A DNA stretch of 64,000 nucleotides from assembly GCA_951406725.2 (NCBI GenBank), contig OX597821.1, forward strand, positions 107,136,001 to 107,200,000, in the 5' to 3' direction. A model generated the notes under the pieces. It was given only the letters and a program-made list of their open reading frames with translations. It did not search any database and was not told the DNA's origin. The stretch's first letter is position 1, and every line of letters begins with the position of its first letter. The stretch comes from Octopus vulgaris. Its lineage: Eukaryota. Positions 59,245 to 64,000 of the stretch are shown here, piece by piece. The position numbers and the translations under genes are program-made.

Positions 59245-60869
59245 CAGTTGCGGGCCAAAATTTTCAGAACGGCATTATTTTCGTCAGAAGGGTAGGTATA
59301 ATTTTTCATAAAAGTTGTTTTATATTCTATAATTTTCACAGACAATAAACACGATATTTATTGTTATTGTCTGAGATTTTGGTGTATTTGGAGAGAATAA
59401 TACAAATGTTATGGATGATTTAGTGATTTACTGCAAAATCTATGGCGGATAAAATGATCAGAACAGTTGCTTTTACTCCGTGTTTTAGTATATTTAACCG
59501 GCGAACCCTAATGATTTGAATTTGTTTACGTGACACTTCGTTTACTAAACATTAGTAAGAATATCTGCAGTGTACTTTGTTAATATAATGCCACTTACTC
59601 CGTTACCAATTCGTTAGCAGATTATTAAGCTTCGAAAAAAGGATAATTTAAGTATTGGGTCTATTGCAAAGATTGTTAACAAGTCAAAAAGTGTTATTCG
59701 CGGTATTCTTAAGGTCTACGATGATTGTGGTTCGTGTGAAGCAAGAATGTCTATAGGTAGGTCAAGAAAAACGACCAAAAGAGAAGATTGTGCTATGGTA
59801 ATGTTGGTTAAAATGGACAGATTTAAAACTGCTGCTGCTGTTTCTCGGGAAAGAGCATTGTACTGAAGAAAACTTGATCTCGAAAAACTGTGTCTCGTCG
59901 TTTAGTTGAACATGACCTATAAGCAAGAACTCCTGCAGTGAAGCCACTGATCAGCTCCAAGAATAAAAGTGTCGTCTTACCTTTGCAACCGAACATGTGT
60001 TGTGGTCTCAAGAAAAATGGCAAACGGTGCATTTCAGTGATGAATCTAAGTTTATGTTATTTGGCTCAGATGGGAAAAGGTACGTTCGTCGAAAAGTAGG
60101 TGAAAAATTGTCGCCTAAATGCCTTCAGACTAAATTTGGCGGAGGAAGTGTCATAGTTTGGAGGATGATATCTGGGGATGGTGTGGGCTCTTTGGTGCGA
60201 TCACATGGAAAGGTAAATGCATTAGTTTATAAACAACTTGTAAAAGATCATGTCTTGCCTGTGCTGACAAATTCAACTAAGCGATCATCCATGTTCATGC
60301 AGGGCAATGCCCCATGTGACAAGGCTAAAGTCGTCATGAACTTCCTCAAGGCTGAAAAGGTTATTATTATGGATTGGCCTGCTCAAAGCCCAGATCTCAA
60401 TCCTATTGAAAATGTGTGGAATATTCTAGGAGAACGTTCGAAAGCCAGAAATCCTAAAACAACCGAGAAATTATGGAATGCCCTTCAGGAAGAATGGAAT
60501 AAGTTCACCTAGCAAGAAATTGAAAATTTAATTTCCTCATGCAATCGAAGATGTCAAAGTGTGATTGAAGCTAAAGGGCTTCACAATAAATATTAAATAA
60601 TTCCAGTATTCGCTGTCATGTTTGACTATTTTGTTATTTTTTCAACCGTTCTAAACATTTTGGCCGGCATGGGTTTGGCAGTAAATCCCTAAATCATCCA
60701 TAACTTTTGTATTATCCTCTCAAATTACACCAAAATCTCAGACAATAACAAATAATATCGTATTTACTGTCTATGAAAATTATAGAATATAAAACAATTT
60801 TGATAAAAAAAATTGTGCCTACTTTTATGACGATAACAATGCCGTTCTGAACCTTTTTAGCCACAACTG
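59245..60869 (+). mobile_element. Tc1-family DNA transposon (DD34E-type, ~225 bp IR/DR terminal inverted repeats), defective
   Basis: TA-CAGTTG...CAACTG-TA ends and long TIRs with inner and outer direct repeats. Transposase from ATG 59588 with stops and frameshifts: FSDESKF, KFGGGSVIVW, MQGNAPC (second Asp lost), WPAQSPDLNPIENVW. Empty site at ~27320-27365. Confidence 0.95.
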
Positions 60870-60977
60870 TATATACAGATATATATTTATAAATATAAAT
60901 TGTTCTCTGTCATTTTATCTGTACATAGGTATGATTAAATGTGTGTGTTTCTGTATATAGGTGTAGGTATATATACA

Positions 60978-61089
<112 letters not shown>

Positions 61090-61303
61090 ACAGTAAAACC
61101 TGGGACTTTGAAGACTGCTTAAATGCTAGAAAGTATAATAGTCCCTTAATATTTGATATTCAATATTTCATCTATTCAATAAGACAATCAATACTTCATA
61201 TCATTTTACTATATATACTATTCATACTATATATTTTATTTTCTACATTCATATTATGAAGAATATAAATAAAATATAAAAACTTGGAGTTGGAATTCCT
61301 TTA

Positions 61304-61397
<94 letters not shown>

Positions 61398-61540
61398 GTG
61401 TATATGTATCATCTTTATATATGTATGTTTCTGTAAACAATTCTACACACGAACATTACACACAGATAAACACAGGCACACACTAACACGCATATACACA
61501 AACAATTATATATATGTACATATGTTTATGTTTATTATGT

Positions 61541-61574
<34 letters not shown>

Positions 61575-62364
61575 ATTTATATGTATATATATATATACAT
61601 ATATATATAAAGATATATATAAATATGTGTGTGTGTGTCTGTGTCTGTGTGTGTGCGTATGTATGTATGTATATAACAAAAATAATAACGATACGATGGA
61701 AACAGGCCCAACTTATGGGATTTAATATCCCTGTAGGCTTGGTTTCCAAACTTAGTACGAATAGTGTCTCGAGAAAAAGACCGGTTGCTGGCTAACATTG
61801 AAACAAACAAACTCAATTTTCGGGAAATGTGTCTAAAGAAATGTATCAAGTAATGGTGTTAATAAGCCAATGATATCGCCTTTCGCTCGAAAGTGCAATG
61901 TGTTTGAGCCCGGCATGTCTATTCGTCATACAGAAATTTCTTGTACACAAAGCTAGACGAGAAGAATCAGGACATTAATACGTAGCTGAAAACAATGAAT
62001 AACATGAAAAGAATGGATAACGTCGGAGGTAACAAGCACGCAACGCATGTAACACTCCAGAAGGTCCAACAAAACCTGTGATAAAGAGATTCAATGGCAC
62101 GCGTTTCAACAAATTACATGACTTTACAATCGGAGACTGTATCATTGCGATGTGAACAGTATCGGTCGTATCGTCCGTCATCATCCGGTTCTTCAACATC
62201 ATTAATCAAATCCATCGGGTGATACAGCATCAGTGGATGAATTACAGTTTGATGTTTATGCATTTACCCAAGTCGAAGTCCAATGTAGCTGCATTGATAT
62301 TTCCATGTGTACTTTGAATGACGAAGTACGTAATATCTAGTTTTGTGTTTTATATATATATACA

Positions 62365-62518
<154 letters not shown>

Positions 62519-62601
62519 GCAGGTAAATAGATAGTCAGATATAGATATAGATATATACGTAGATACAGATATACATATACATATATGTATGTATGTATAT
62601 A

Positions 62602-62655
<54 letters not shown>

Positions 62656-62674
62656 CATATATATATATATATAT

Positions 62675-64000
62675 GCCAAAAAGGATGGAAACAAGCAGCG
62701 CACACGGGTATGTAGGTTCTACCTGAAAGGTGCCTGCCGGCATGGAGAGGAAGGTGCAGGCTGCCGCTGTGCACATCCGGGACCCTGCCACAGAAACCAA
62801 CCACCGAAAGGACATGGGATGGACCACGCATCACCGGCCCCAAAACGGAGGTACGCAGATGTGGTGCGTACCACAAACCACCAACGTGTTGTTGAAAGGG
62901 CAACTGCTGAGCAGGAATCTTTTTTGTGCATGGCACAAAACATTGTACAGCAGCTAACCTGGCTCCATCAGGCTCAGGCTCGCAGATGGAACTGCCCACG
63001 GTTCACAAGACCGCCACAGCAGATGGACCCAGGGTGGACACCACCGGCAACAGCATACACCTCACCTCGATGCTCCTACTGAACATCAGAGGACTACTAA
63101 CTCACAGTAACAGGACAAAAGTCCCGTTCCTGAGAGACTTTGTCGCATGCAATCAAGCCTTATGCATAGCACTCACAGAAACGCATCTGAAACCGGACAT
63201 AGCAGATGCGGAATTACACATACCACAGTATGTTGTACTACGGACCGACAGGAAAGAAAGAAGTCATGGAGGAGTTGCTATGTACATCCGTGGGGACCTC
63301 ACACCCCAGGTCCTTTTGTCATACTCAAACTCGGTGTGTGACACACTAATTGTACACATAAGGCAACTTGATGTAGTTGTGTGTGCTACATATCGCCCTC
63401 CAGATGCCCCAAGTCATATGGGCAAGTTTGAGGACTGCCTTTTAAAAGTAGAAGAAGTTCTAACCACATTAGAACAACACATAAGTGTACTTCTCATGGG
63501 AGACTTCAATCTACCGAATGTCAGATGGCCCGAGGGCCTTTCTCTCCCAGGAATGACAAGATGTGAACGAGGACAGGCGAGGTCCCTCCTGAACCTCACC
63601 AACACCCTGTACATGGAGCAAGTAATACTCCAACCAACCAGAGCGGGTAACACACTGGATCTCTGCTTCACAAATAATATGGATCTCATCCATAATGTGA
63701 AAGTGACACCGACACTACTCTCGGATCACAACATGGTAGAGCTGACCATGTACGGGCCAAAAGAGAGCACGGACATGCAGCCTACAAGAAACCCTCAGAA
63801 TCTTTCCAGCTTGAACTTCAATAAGGCAAACTGGAAACAAATTGAAAAGAGATCCTCAAACAAAACTGGCCTGAATGTCTCTCCTCGCCGGACATCGACA
63901 TGATACTTCAACAATTCATGTCTGTAATGCAAGCCATATGCTACAAATGTGTCCCAGAGAGAAAGGCCACTGTACACAAGAACAAAATCCCCAGAGAGAG
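62675..64000 (+). mobile_element. CR1-group LINE 5' part: CCCH zinc-finger ORF1 remnant plus APE endonuclease; runs off the window
   Basis: [41 protein letters not shown]...GGVAMY, YRPP, MGDFNLP, PTRAGNTLDL and SDH. SLNFNKANW matches the family at 4443-5927. Frameshift near 63850. Confidence 0.92.

Overview
AT-rich, microsatellite-dense eukaryotic DNA. The SINE and LINE tails look like octopus/cephalopod repeats, but the organism is an inference. The backbone is a minus-strand tandem array of ten paralogous ~0.94-0.95 kb coding exons: five intact, one with a nonsense codon and four degenerate or truncated. Each full-length copy encodes six hydrophobic segments with the spacing and motifs of TM1-TM6 of gustatory-receptor-like (Grl/7TM ion channel) proteins. 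All ten end at the same phase-0 GTAAGT splice donor. I could not find a TM7-coding exon between copies, which suggests a variable-exon array spliced to shared C-terminal exon(s) left of the window, as in Drosophila Gr28b/Gr39a. The spacers hold Penelope-like elements and palindromic pLTR remnants with several hammerhead ribozyme motifs, CR1-group LINEs, R4/Dong-like 3' ends, tRNA-derived SINEs, a dead IR/DR Tc1 element and possible Helitron ends. Most insertions sit in (TA)n or (TAA)n tracts. All family assignments come from motif recognition by eye, with no database search.
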